A stretch of 30,487 nucleotides of DNA from a virus (lineage: Duplodnaviria > Caudoviricetes): positions 1-30,487 of IMG/VR virus record IMGVR_UViG_3300037634_000844. One strand, given 5' to 3'. The notes beneath the pieces are model-generated. The model was given only the letters and a program-made list of their open reading frames with translations. It had not been told where the DNA came from and did not search any database. The translations under genes and the position numbers were made by a program. Shown one piece after another: positions 1 through 8,928 of the stretch (position 1 is the first letter of the stretch; every line of letters starts with the position of its first letter).

Positions 1-1707
1 TGTTATGGAATATGCTACCTTAAAAACAGACGGTCTGGATTTTCCTTCATGGCATCATCAGAACTTGTTAATCAAGCAACCATATCCTCAGATAGCAGAT
101 ACGGGATTTTATCAAAGACTGGAGCTGATGCTAAAAAAATGTTCACAGATAAAGTTGTACCAATCTCGGTTAATTATCCATTCTTCTTTAAACCAATCCA
201 GGATGGTATGGATCGTCCTAAAACCGAACTGGCATACAGAGTCCCGGCATCTAAATTCACACGTAGAAAATTGGAAGCTAATGAACAACTTCCAGAACTA
301 GAAGGATTAGATACAACAATAGATTGGAAAAACACAGGGGACAATAGTTATGATGGGGAAAAGTTAAAAATCTTAGCTCATGATGAAAGTGGTAAGTGGG
401 AGAGACCAGATAATATATTAAACAACTGGAGAGTTACAAAAACCACATTAAGACTAGGTAGTAGAATAGTTGGGAAATGCATGATGGGATCTACAAGTAA
501 TGCTTTAGATAAAGGAGGAGCTAATTTTAAGAAATTATATGATGCATCAAACGTCACACAAAGAAATAGAAATGGACAAACAAGTTCGGGATTGTATTCT
601 TTATTCATACCTATGGAATGGTCCTACGAGGGATACCTCGATACTCATGGCATACCTGTGTTCGACACTCCAACAAAGCCAGTCCGAGGTATTGATGGAT
701 TTCCTATTGACATCGGAGTTATCGAGCACTGGGATAACGAAGCCGAGGGGTTAAAACAAGATCAAGACGGGTTAAACGAATTTTATAGGCAATTTCCTCG
801 TACTGAGAAACATGCTTTTAGAGATGAAACAAAGGAATCATTATTTAATTTAGTTAAACTCTATGAACAAATAGATTATAATGAAGAATTAAATAATAAA
901 GCAACTATAACTACAGGGAGTTTTCAATGGTGTAACGGATTAAAAGACACTAAAGTAGAATTTTATCCTAATCCTAACGGTAGATTTAAAATAAGCTGGG
1001 TACCTGATAAAGAAATCCAAAATAATATAATTCTGAAAAATGGAATTAAATATCCTGGCAACGATCACGTTGGAGCATTTGGTTGCGACAGTTATGATAT
1101 TAGTGGTACTGTTGATGGTAAAGGATCGAATGGATCGCTTCATGGATTAACTAAGTTTAGCATGGAAGATGCACCACCTAATCATTTCTTTTTAGAATAT
1201 ATAGCTAGACCACAAACCGCAGAAACGTTTTTTGAAGAAGTTTTAATGGCTTTAGTATTTTATGGAATGCCTTTGTTATGTGAGAATAATAAACCAAGAT
1301 TATTGTATTATTTGAAGCGAAGAGGTTATAGAGGATTTAGCATGAATAGACCAGATCGAGTATGGAACAAACTTTCTATTACAGAAAAAGAAGTAGGAGG
1401 AATACCTAATTCAAGTGAAGATATAAAACAAGCTCACGCGGCTGCTATTGAATCTTATATTGAAAACTATGTAGGAAGATTAAAAGAAACTTATGGAGAT
1501 ATGTATTTTCAAAGAACTTTAGAAGATTGGAGTAAATTTAATATAAATAATAGAACTAAACATGATGCAACTATAAGCTCAGGTTTAGCTTTAATGGCTT
1601 GTAATAAAAATAGGTATAGACCTATTCCAAAAAGAACAATGAAAACTATGGATTTAGGATTTAAAAAATATAATAATGAAGGTGAAATTTCTAAAATAAT
1701 ACGTTAA
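1..1707 (+). CDS. terL: Terminase large subunit (5'-truncated; the frame is open from base 1, so the Met at 49 is internal)
   Basis: Frame 1 reads CYGICYLKNRRSGFSFMASS from base 1 (Walker-A-type KxRRxGxS). It also has a Walker B LAHDESGKW, motif III-like MGSTS, and an RNase H-like nuclease domain with FGCDSYD, ENNK and HDATISSGLA. It lies directly upstream of the portal-like gene with a TAATG stop/start overlap. Confidence 0.95.
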   Translation, partial: CYGICYLKNRRSGFSFMASSELVNQATISSDSRYGILSKTGADAKKMFTDKVVPISVNYPFFFKPIQDGMDRPKTELAYRVPASKFTRRKLEANEQLPELEGLDTTIDWKNTGDNSYDGEKLKILAHDESGKWERPDNILNNWRVTKTTLRLGSRIVGKCMMGSTSNALDKGGANFKKLYDASNVTQRNRNGQTSSGLYSLFIPMEWSYEGYLDTHGIPVFDTPTKPVRGIDGFPIDIGVIEHWDNEAEGLKQDQDGLNEFYRQFPRTEKHAFRDETKESLFNLVKLYEQIDYNEELNNKATITTGSFQWCNGLKDTKVEFYPNPNGRFKISWVPDKEIQNNIILKNGIKYPGNDHVGAFGCDSYDISGTVDGKGSNGSLHGLTKFSMEDAPPNHFFLEYIARPQTAETFFEEVLMALVFYGMPLLCENNKPRLLYYLKRRGYRGFSMNRPDRVWNKLSITEKEVGGIPNSSEDIKQAHAAAIESYIENYVGRLKETYGDMYFQRTLEDWSKFNINNRTKHDATISSGLALMACNKNRYRPIPKRTMKTMDLGFKKYNNEGEISKIIR

Positions 1708-4118
1708 TGCAAATTTACACTAGCCCAAATGGCACATTTCCCGATCAGGTGGTACCTGATGCAGAAAAAGCAACTTTAGATTATGGTTATTCAGTAGGTA
1801 GAGCAATAGAAGGAGAATGGTTTAGAAATAATCAAGGCGCAGGATATAGATTCACAACTAACTATAATAATTTTCACAATCTAAGATTATATGCGAGAGG
1901 TGAACAATCAATTCAAAAATATAAAGATGAATTATCCATTAATGGAGATTTGTCATATCTTAATTTAGATTGGAAACCCGTACCTATTATATCTAAATTT
2001 GTAGATATAGTAGTTAATGGAATATCTCAACGTAGTTATGAAGTAAAAACTTTTGCTCAAGATCCTGAGTCAATGCAAAAGAGAACTAAATATGCTCAAA
2101 ACATTATAGATGATATTCAACAACAACAATATCAATTAGCAGTTCAAGAAGCTTTTGGAATAGATATATCTAAAGGTGAAAAAAATGAGAATACTCCAGA
2201 AACGATTGATGAGATAGGTATTCACATGCAGTTAAATTATAAACAATCAATTGAATTAGCTGAAGAAGAACTTATTGATCAAGTATTAGATAAAAATAAA
2301 TACCATTTACTTAGGAAAAGATTAAATTATGATTTAACTGTATTAGGTATAGGAGCTGTTAAAACTAACTTTAATAGATCAGAAGGTATTACTGTTGATT
2401 ATGTGAATCCAGCTAATTTAGTTTGGTCTTATACAGATGATCCTAATTTCCAAGATTTATGGTACGTTGGCGAAGTAAAAAATGTAAGTATTCCAGAACT
2501 TAAAAAGCAATTCCCTCATTTAACTCAAGCTGAAGTTGAAGAAATGGAAAAGTTTAAAGGGAATACAGCATATGAAAGAAATTGGAATGGTAGATATGAT
2601 GAAAATAGTGTACAAGTTTTATATTTTGAATGGAAAACTTATGCTAATCAAGTATTTAAAATAAAAGAAACTAATGTTGGTTTAGAAAAAGCGATTTTAA
2701 AAGAAGATACTTTTAATCCTCCAGAAACTGATAACTTTAAAAAAGCTTTTAGATCTATTGAAGTTCTATATTCAGGAGCTAAAATACTAGGTTATCCTAC
2801 TATGTTAAGTTGGGGTTTATCAGAGCATATGACTAGACCAGAAGCGGATACAGTTAAAGTTAATATGAATTATAATATTTGTGCTCCTCGATTATATAGA
2901 GGACGTATAGAATCTTTAGTAAGTAGAATTACTGGATTTGCAGATATGATTCAATTAACCCATCTAAAGTTACAGCAAGTGTTATCACGTATGGTACCTG
3001 ATGGAGTGTATTTAGACATGGATGGGTTAGCAGAAGTGGATTTAGGTAATGGTACTAATTATAATCCAGCTGAAGCTTTGAACATGTATTTTCAAACTGG
3101 TAGTATTGTTGGTAGAAGTTTAACTCAAGATGGAGATCCTAATAGAGGAAAAGTCCCCATTCAAGAACTTAATAGTTCTAATGGAATGGCTAAAATACAA
3201 TCTCTTATTCAAACTTATCAGTATTATTTACAAATGATAAGAGACGTAACCGGATTAAATGAAGCTAGAGATGGTAGTAATCCAGATAAAGATGCATTAG
3301 TAGGATTGCAAAAATTAGCAGCAGCACAATCTAATGTAGCTACACGCCATATATTGCAAGCAAGTTTATATTTAACATTAAAAACTTGTGAGAATATCTC
3401 TTTGCGAGTGGGAGATTCTTTAATGTTTCCTTTAACAAGAATTGCATTACAAAATAGTATTACTAATTACAATGTACAAACATTAGATGAATTATCTAAA
3501 TTAAATATTCATGACTTTGGGATATTCTTAGACTTAGAACCAGAAGAAGAAGAAAAAGCTGAATTAGAACAAAACATTCAAATAGCTTTAAAAACAGGTG
3601 GTATAGATTTAGAAGATGCTATAGATATAAGAAATATTAATAATCTTAAATTAGCTAATGAACTTCTAAAGAAAAGACGTAGACAGAAGCAAGCTAAAGA
3701 GCAAGAAATGCAACAAGCAAATATTCAAGCTCAAGCACAAGCAAACGCTGAAGCAGCTGAAAAAGCTGCATTGGCTGAACTACAAAAACAACAAGCATTA
3801 GCAGAAAGTCAACTTCAAATTGAACAAGGAAAATCTCAATTTGAGATTCAACGTATGCAAACTGAAGCAGAAATTAAAAAAGAATTAATGCAACAAGAGT
3901 TTGATTACAACATGCAATTAGCTCGAGTAAAAGTAGATTCGATAACCCAAAAAGAAAAAGAAATAGAAGATAGAAAAGATAACCGTACTAAAATGCAGGC
4001 AACGCAACAAAGTAAAATGATAGACCAAAGAAAAAACGATTTATTACCTACGGATTTTGAATCACAAGGTAATGATAATTTAGGTGGATTTGGATTAGAA
4101 CAATTCGCACCAAGATAA
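1707..4118 (+). CDS. Portal protein (crAss-like, 803 aa)
   Basis: Follows terL. Portal-like segments LDWKPVPIISKFVDIVVNG and IRDVTGLNEARDG, plus a long Q/E/K/A coiled-coil C-terminus like the barrel of podovirus portals. Confidence 0.88.
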   Translation: MQIYTSPNGTFPDQVVPDAEKATLDYGYSVGRAIEGEWFRNNQGAGYRFTTNYNNFHNLRLYARGEQSIQKYKDELSINGDLSYLNLDWKPVPIISKFVDIVVNGISQRSYEVKTFAQDPESMQKRTKYAQNIIDDIQQQQYQLAVQEAFGIDISKGEKNENTPETIDEIGIHMQLNYKQSIELAEEELIDQVLDKNKYHLLRKRLNYDLTVLGIGAVKTNFNRSEGITVDYVNPANLVWSYTDDPNFQDLWYVGEVKNVSIPELKKQFPHLTQAEVEEMEKFKGNTAYERNWNGRYDENSVQVLYFEWKTYANQVFKIKETNVGLEKAILKEDTFNPPETDNFKKAFRSIEVLYSGAKILGYPTMLSWGLSEHMTRPEADTVKVNMNYNICAPRLYRGRIESLVSRITGFADMIQLTHLKLQQVLSRMVPDGVYLDMDGLAEVDLGNGTNYNPAEALNMYFQTGSIVGRSLTQDGDPNRGKVPIQELNSSNGMAKIQSLIQTYQYYLQMIRDVTGLNEARDGSNPDKDALVGLQKLAAAQSNVATRHILQASLYLTLKTCENISLRVGDSLMFPLTRIALQNSITNYNVQTLDELSKLNIHDFGIFLDLEPEEEEKAELEQNIQIALKTGGIDLEDAIDIRNINNLKLANELLKKRRRQKQAKEQEMQQANIQAQAQANAEAAEKAALAELQKQQALAESQLQIEQGKSQFEIQRMQTEAEIKKELMQQEFDYNMQLARVKVDSITQKEKEIEDRKDNRTKMQATQQSKMIDQRKNDLLPTDFESQGNDNLGGFGLEQFAPR

Positions 4119-4127
4119 CTATTTATT

Positions 4128-4146
4128 AATTATTATATTATATTAT
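4128..4146 (+). promoter_or_regulatory. (TATTA)3 translation-initiation-region motif, copy 1
   Basis: AATTATTATATTATATTAT abuts and overlaps the scaffold ATG; an identical 19-mer occurs at 7318-7336. Confidence 0.5.
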
Positions 4147-5377
4147 GTCAGAAGTAAAAGAAGAAATTAAAGAAGCTCCAGATGGAACTTTAGAACAAGG
4201 AGAGTTTAAAGTTAAAAAGAAAAAACCCAAGAAACTCACTACTAAAAAAAGATCAACAACAAAAATAGATTTAAGTAAAAAACCAGAGTCTAAAAAAGAA
4301 GAAGAAAATGCCGTTCTTAAGCAAACAACAAAGGAAGATGTGTCACCGACTAGCGGAGAGAGCAAGGAAACAAGGGAAGAAACCAAAGTGGAACTGCAAG
4401 AAGTGGGAGGAACACACTCCGAAGAACAAACCACTTCCGTGGAGAATAAAGAAAAAGAAGAAGTAGTACTAGAAGAAGTTACAAAAGAAGAGGTAAAAGA
4501 AGATAAACCTATACTAGAACAACCTAGTACAAACACTCCAGTAAATGATCAAGAAAATTCTATTCCTGAAAGTGTACATAAGTTGTTAGACTTTATGGAA
4601 GATACAGGAGGAAATTTAGAAGATTTTGTAAGGTTAAGTAAAGATTATTCTAATGTAGATGAAAGTATTTTACTGAGAGAATATTATAAAAATATTAGAC
4701 CACATTTAGACAATGAAGAAGTAGACTTTATTTTAGAAGATACTTTCTCATGGGATGAAGACATGGACGATGAGCGAACTATAAGGAAGAAAAAGTTAGC
4801 TTATAAAGAAGAAATTGCGAAAGCCAAAAACTTTTTAGACGATCTAAAGGGTAAATACTACGAGGAAATCAAGTTGAGACCCGGAGTAACTCAAGAACAA
4901 CAAAAAGCTATGGATTTTTTCAATAGATATAACAAAGAACAAACCGCTGTCAAGCAACAACATGATACGTTTAAAAATACAACAAAAGATTATTTCGCTA
5001 ATGAATTTGAAGGTTTCAATTTTGATGTTGGTGAGAAGACTTTTAGGTATAAAGTAAACAATCCTAATGATGTTGCAGAAAGCCAATCTAATTTAACAAA
5101 CTTTGTTAAGAAGTTCTTAGATGAAAAAGGTAATGTTAAAGACTATAAGGGTTATCACAAAGCGATTTACGCTGCGAGAAATGCTGATACTATAGCTAAT
5201 CATTTTTACGAGCAAGGCAAAGCCGACGCTGTAAAAAATATGATGGCAAAATCTAAAAATATAAATAACGATCCAAGACCAAATAGTGGTGGAGATGTGT
5301 TTATTAATGGATTAAGAGTAAAAGCAGTTAGTGGAGCAAATAGTTCTAAGTTAAAAATTAAAACACGAAATAAATAA
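4145..5377 (+). CDS. Putative capsid scaffolding protein (acidic, 410 aa)
   Basis: Lies between portal and capsid. E/K-rich, probably disordered N-terminus, helical C-terminus (HFYEQGKADAVK) and a basic tail. Function is inferred from synteny. Confidence 0.7.
   Translation: MSEVKEEIKEAPDGTLEQGEFKVKKKKPKKLTTKKRSTTKIDLSKKPESKKEEENAVLKQTTKEDVSPTSGESKETREETKVELQEVGGTHSEEQTTSVENKEKEEVVLEEVTKEEVKEDKPILEQPSTNTPVNDQENSIPESVHKLLDFMEDTGGNLEDFVRLSKDYSNVDESILLREYYKNIRPHLDNEEVDFILEDTFSWDEDMDDERTIRKKKLAYKEEIAKAKNFLDDLKGKYYEEIKLRPGVTQEQQKAMDFFNRYNKEQTAVKQQHDTFKNTTKDYFANEFEGFNFDVGEKTFRYKVNNPNDVAESQSNLTNFVKKFLDEKGNVKDYKGYHKAIYAARNADTIANHFYEQGKADAVKNMMAKSKNINNDPRPNSGGDVFINGLRVKAVSGANSSKLKIKTRNK
4308..4466 (+). 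CDS. Overprinted small basic protein (52 aa) in the +1 frame of the scaffold gene
   Basis: ATG at 4308 to TAG at 4464-4466 gives MPFLSKQQRKMCHRLAERARKQGKKPKWNCKKWEEHTPKNKPLPWRIKKKKK. The upstream context is A-rich with A at -3. GC is 50/100 at 4341-4440 in an otherwise AT-rich gene. It resembles small phage proteins I recall starting MPFKSxxQR...W..HTP....LP (unverified). Confidence 0.65.
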   Translation: MPFLSKQQRKMCHRLAERARKQGKKPKWNCKKWEEHTPKNKPLPWRIKKKKK

Positions 5378-5395
5378 AACTTAAAACGATAAATT

Positions 5396-6874
5396 ATGGC
5401 GTTTGTAGCAAATGCGGCTTTTCCCGCATCAATTACTCCAATGCCGACTCAAGTTGCAGTTCAAGGAAATTATATTGATTTTCATGATGCAGCTTTTTCG
5501 ACTTGGACACAACAATACCTACCTGAGCTTTATGAGCAAGAGGTAGAAAGATATGGTAATAGGACCTTATCTGGATTTTTAAAAATGGTCGGGGCTGAAA
5601 TGCCTATGACATCTGATCAAGTAATTTGGTCGGAACAAAATAGATTACATGTTGCTTATGCTAATTGTGCTGTAGCTGCAGGTGGTCACGTTTTTCCAGA
5701 CTTTAGAGTAACAATCACTCCAGGAGCTGCAGAACCTACTTCAGCAATAAGAGATGGTAATACTATTCTAATTTCGGATAACGCAACTGGATTAACTACA
5801 TTAAAAGCTTTAGTCACTAATAGATTAGATGCTGGTACTGATGGTTATACTATAGAATGTCACGCTTATACAGGAGCAGCTTTAGCAGCAGCTCTAACAG
5901 CTGGTACATGTAGTATATATGTATATGGTTCAGAATTTCCTAAAGGAAGTAACGGAATGGAAGGGGCTATTGAACCAGGTTTAACTACTTATTCTAACAA
6001 TCCAATTATTTTAAAAGATAATTATGAATTAAGTGGTTCTGATGCTGCTCAAATTGGTTGGATAGAAGTTGCAACTGAAGATGGAACATCAGGATATCTA
6101 TGGTATCTAAAAGCTGAATCTGAAACAAGATTGAGATTTGAAGATTATATGGAAATGTCAATGGTTGAAGGTGAAATTAATGCTAATGCAGCTAATTTCC
6201 CAATCGCTACTTTCCCACCAGCTACTGTAGCTAATCAAGCAATTTTAGGTACGCAAGGTCTTTTTGCAGCTTTAGAAGCAAGAGGAAATGTATATTCTGG
6301 TTTTGCTGGTGCTGCTGCTCCAGGTTCTGGTGCAATGGGAGATTTTGATGTAATTCTTAATCAATTAGACAAGCAAGGTGCAATAGAAGAAAATATGTTA
6401 TTTTTATCAAGACAAACTGCTCTTGATTTTGATGATATGATAGCTGCTATGAATGGTAACTATGCTTCTTCAGCTGCTGCTTCTTATGGATTATTTGAAA
6501 ATGAAGCTGAAATGGCGTTGAATTTTGGATTTTCAGGATTTAGAAGAGGTTCTTATGACTTCTACAAAACTGACTGGAAATATCTTAATGATGCAACTAC
6601 TAGAGGTATGTCTTCTGCAATTGATGGTGTATTAGTTCCTGCTGGAACTTCAACAGTATACGATCAAATGTTAGGATCAAATATCCGTAGACCATTCTTA
6701 CACGTTAGATATCGAGCTTCAGAAACAGAGGATAGAAGATTTAAATCTTGGATCACTGGTTCTGTTGGAGGTGCTTACACTTCTGATCTTGATACTATGA
6801 GAGTTAATTTCTTGTCTGAGAGATGTTTAGTAACTCAAGCTGCTAATAACTTCGTGTTATTCCAAGGAGCTTAA
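5396..6874 (+). CDS. Major capsid protein (492 aa, HK97 fold expected)
   Basis: Position after the scaffold and suitable size. Segments QQYLPELYEQEVERYGNRT, LNFGFSGFRRGSYDFYKTDWKYLND and FLSERCLVTQAANNF resemble capsids of crAss-related Bacteroidota phages. Tandem TAATAA stop. Confidence 0.9.
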   Translation: MAFVANAAFPASITPMPTQVAVQGNYIDFHDAAFSTWTQQYLPELYEQEVERYGNRTLSGFLKMVGAEMPMTSDQVIWSEQNRLHVAYANCAVAAGGHVFPDFRVTITPGAAEPTSAIRDGNTILISDNATGLTTLKALVTNRLDAGTDGYTIECHAYTGAALAAALTAGTCSIYVYGSEFPKGSNGMEGAIEPGLTTYSNNPIILKDNYELSGSDAAQIGWIEVATEDGTSGYLWYLKAESETRLRFEDYMEMSMVEGEINANAANFPIATFPPATVANQAILGTQGLFAALEARGNVYSGFAGAAAPGSGAMGDFDVILNQLDKQGAIEENMLFLSRQTALDFDDMIAAMNGNYASSAAASYGLFENEAEMALNFGFSGFRRGSYDFYKTDWKYLNDATTRGMSSAIDGVLVPAGTSTVYDQMLGSNIRRPFLHVRYRASETEDRRFKSWITGSVGGAYTSDLDTMRVNFLSERCLVTQAANNFVLFQGA

Positions 6875-6904
6875 TAATTATTAACATTTTAAAATAGAGA
6901 AATT

Positions 6905-7267
6905 ATGCTTATAAAAATCATAAATCCAAACACAAGTACATCAGAATTATCTGGTACAGTACAAACTGGTAATATTATAGCGGATGTTGATGTCCCTATA
7001 GCTATATCTGGTTATTCAGATAGTAATTCGTTATCGTCGTTTGATCTTGCTATTCAAGATCCAGCTGGTGGTGCGCTTACAACTTTACAAATTCAATTTG
7101 ATGGTGACATGGGTGCTTCTATGCCCCAAGATGTGATTGACACTTTAAACTCAGTTTTAGAAGCTGGTAAAGCAGATCCACATCATTATCCTCAATTTAA
7201 AGATGTAAATATTGCAAGTGGTGCTGTTGCAGGACTTTATACAATTACTGGTCTTAGAATATCATAG
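6905..7267 (+). CDS. Small hypothetical protein, possible capsid decoration/auxiliary protein (120 aa)
   Basis: Clean ORF between the capsid gene and a strong terminator, so probably co-expressed with the capsid. Beta-rich, S/T/G/D-rich composition. Confidence 0.5.
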   Translation: MLIKIINPNTSTSELSGTVQTGNIIADVDVPIAISGYSDSNSLSSFDLAIQDPAGGALTTLQIQFDGDMGASMPQDVIDTLNSVLEAGKADPHHYPQFKDVNIASGAVAGLYTITGLRIS

Positions 7268-7288
7268 ATTACAGTTAACAACTAATAT

Positions 7289-7316
7289 AAGATCCCACTT
7301 CGGTGGGGTCTTTTTT
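7289..7316 (+). terminator. Rho-independent terminator after the capsid operon
   Basis: Stem GATCCCAC / GTGGGGTC (one G-U pair) closing a cUUCGg tetraloop (7299-7302), followed by T6 (7311-7316). Confidence 0.92.
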
Positions 7317-7317
7317 A

Positions 7318-7336
7318 AATTATTATATTATATTAT
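7318..7336 (+). promoter_or_regulatory. (TATTA)3 translation-initiation-region motif, copy 2
   Basis: Same 19-mer as 4128-4146, ending 3 nt before the ATG at 7340 and starting right after the terminator. Confidence 0.5.
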
Positions 7337-7339
7337 ATC

Positions 7340-8119
7340 ATGGAAGAAATAAAAGAAAAAAAGAAAAAACCCGAAGTAAAACAAGATACTTGGGAGTATA
7401 AAGATAGAAACTATTATTTAGTAGGAGATAAAACTCCTTTAACTTATACTATTATGTCTAAACATAGTAGACGATATCCTTGTGTATGGTTTGATTCAGA
7501 AAAAGGATATGAACGTGAACTTAGATATGCAACTAATCAAAAAAGTATATTTGTTGATGAGCAACAAGGGCAATCAACTTTGAAACATATTATTTTTGAA
7601 GGTGGACATTTAATGGTTCCGAAAGAAAAAAGAAATCTCCAAGAATTTTTAGCTCATCATCCACATAAAGGAGTAATTTTTGAAGAATTTGATCGTATTT
7701 TAGAAGCAACTAACGAATATGAGAATTTAAATTTAGAATTAGATGCTATGACCGCAGCAAGAGCAATGGAAATTGATCAAGCAGAAGCTATTTTAAGAGT
7801 TGAAAACGGATCTAAAGTATCAGATATGAATTCTAAAGAAATTAAGAGAGATATATTAGTAATGGCTAAGAAACAACCTAAAATGTTTATGGCTTTAGCA
7901 AATGATGAAAATGTAGGATTGAGAAATTTTGCAATAAAAGCATCAGAAGCTGGAATAATAGACGTTTCTGGTGATCAAAGAACTGTTATGTGGGGTAGTA
8001 ATAAAAGAAAACTTATGAATATCCCATTTGATGAAAATCCATTCTCAGCTATAGCTTCATGGTTTAAGACTGATGAAGGTATGGAAGTTTATAGATCAAT
8101 AGAGAAAAAACTTAAATAA
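7340..8119 (+). CDS. Conserved-type hypothetical virion-associated protein (259 aa)
   Basis: Intact ORF between the capsid and tail genes, with motifs RELRYATNQKSIFVDEQ and WFKTDEG. Function unknown. Confidence 0.6.
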   Translation: MEEIKEKKKKPEVKQDTWEYKDRNYYLVGDKTPLTYTIMSKHSRRYPCVWFDSEKGYERELRYATNQKSIFVDEQQGQSTLKHIIFEGGHLMVPKEKRNLQEFLAHHPHKGVIFEEFDRILEATNEYENLNLELDAMTAARAMEIDQAEAILRVENGSKVSDMNSKEIKRDILVMAKKQPKMFMALANDENVGLRNFAIKASEAGIIDVSGDQRTVMWGSNKRKLMNIPFDENPFSAIASWFKTDEGMEVYRSIEKKLK

Positions 8120-8130
8120 CAAGTGATAAT

Positions 8131-8162
8131 AAAAGGGTGGCCTAACCGCCACCTTTTTTTTT
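8131..8162 (+). terminator. Rho-independent terminator (possibly bidirectional)
   Basis: GGTGGC (8136-8141), loop CTAACC, GCCACC (8148-8153), then T9. A4 precedes the stem. Confidence 0.85.
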
Positions 8163-8175
8163 AAAAATATTTAAA

Positions 8176-8922
8176 ATGGTAGATGTAGATGTAGTTTACA
8201 AAACAGTATTATATATCCTTAATAAAGAACAAAGAGGATATATGACACCAGACGAATTTAATAGATTAGGTACACAAGTACAATTAGAGATATTTGAACA
8301 GTACTTTGAAGAATTAAATCAGCAACTACGTGTACCAGAAAACGATAGTGAATATGCTAATCGTGTAAAAAATTTAGATGAAAAAATAGATATATTTAAA
8401 ACTACTGGAGCAACTACTTATGACAATGTAACTACTCCTCTTACTCCCTATTTTTATGGACCATCAGATGTTCATAAAGTAGGTACAGTTATATATAATG
8501 GAATTAAAGAATTACAAAGAATTCAACGTAATGATTTTTTATTAATTAATAAATCTCCTTTAACAAAACCCACTTTAGAATATCCTGTATATATACAAGA
8601 AGGAGAACACCAATCGGTTGCTATTCCTTTAACTCTACATCCTATAGTTTATGTATATCCAGACACTATACAAACAGCAGCTGATATTACTTTAACTTAT
8701 ATTAAAAAACCATCATCTCCTGTATGGAATTACAGTACTTTAGCTAATGGCGCTTACCAATATACTGCCACAGGTTCTACACAGTTTGAACTAGATGGAT
8801 CTGAACAGGTTAATATTATTTTAAATATACTTATGTATAGTGGAGTAATAATAAGAGATCCACAGGTCGTACAAACAGCTGCTCAATTAGTACAGCAAGA
8901 CACAGTAAACGAAAAAACATAA
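8176..8922 (+). CDS. Putative tail ring / head-tail adaptor (tail tubular A-like) protein (248 aa)
   Basis: N-terminal helices (LNKEQRGYMTPDEFN...Q), a beta core ending in YIKKP..P.W, and a C-terminal helix. This is the layout of podovirus and crAss ring proteins, and synteny agrees. Confidence 0.65.
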   Translation: MVDVDVVYKTVLYILNKEQRGYMTPDEFNRLGTQVQLEIFEQYFEELNQQLRVPENDSEYANRVKNLDEKIDIFKTTGATTYDNVTTPLTPYFYGPSDVHKVGTVIYNGIKELQRIQRNDFLLINKSPLTKPTLEYPVYIQEGEHQSVAIPLTLHPIVYVYPDTIQTAADITLTYIKKPSSPVWNYSTLANGAYQYTATGSTQFELDGSEQVNIILNILMYSGVIIRDPQVVQTAAQLVQQDTVNEKT

Positions 8923-8928
8923 TAGAAT

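Noticed and set aside
49-51. Met at 49 as the terL start
   Set aside because: The frame is open to base 1 and the Walker-A-type motif lies upstream, so the gene begins outside the window.
5-1143. Short ORFs overlapping terL (5-301, 378-608, 539-754, 940-1143)
   Set aside because: Shadow frames of a conserved gene with no recognisable motifs; none clearly explains the GC-rich patch.
6860-6910. Programmed frameshift or readthrough extending the capsid protein into the 120-aa ORF
   Set aside because: Tandem TAATAA stops, no slippery heptamer at the capsid gene end, and a separate A-rich leader.
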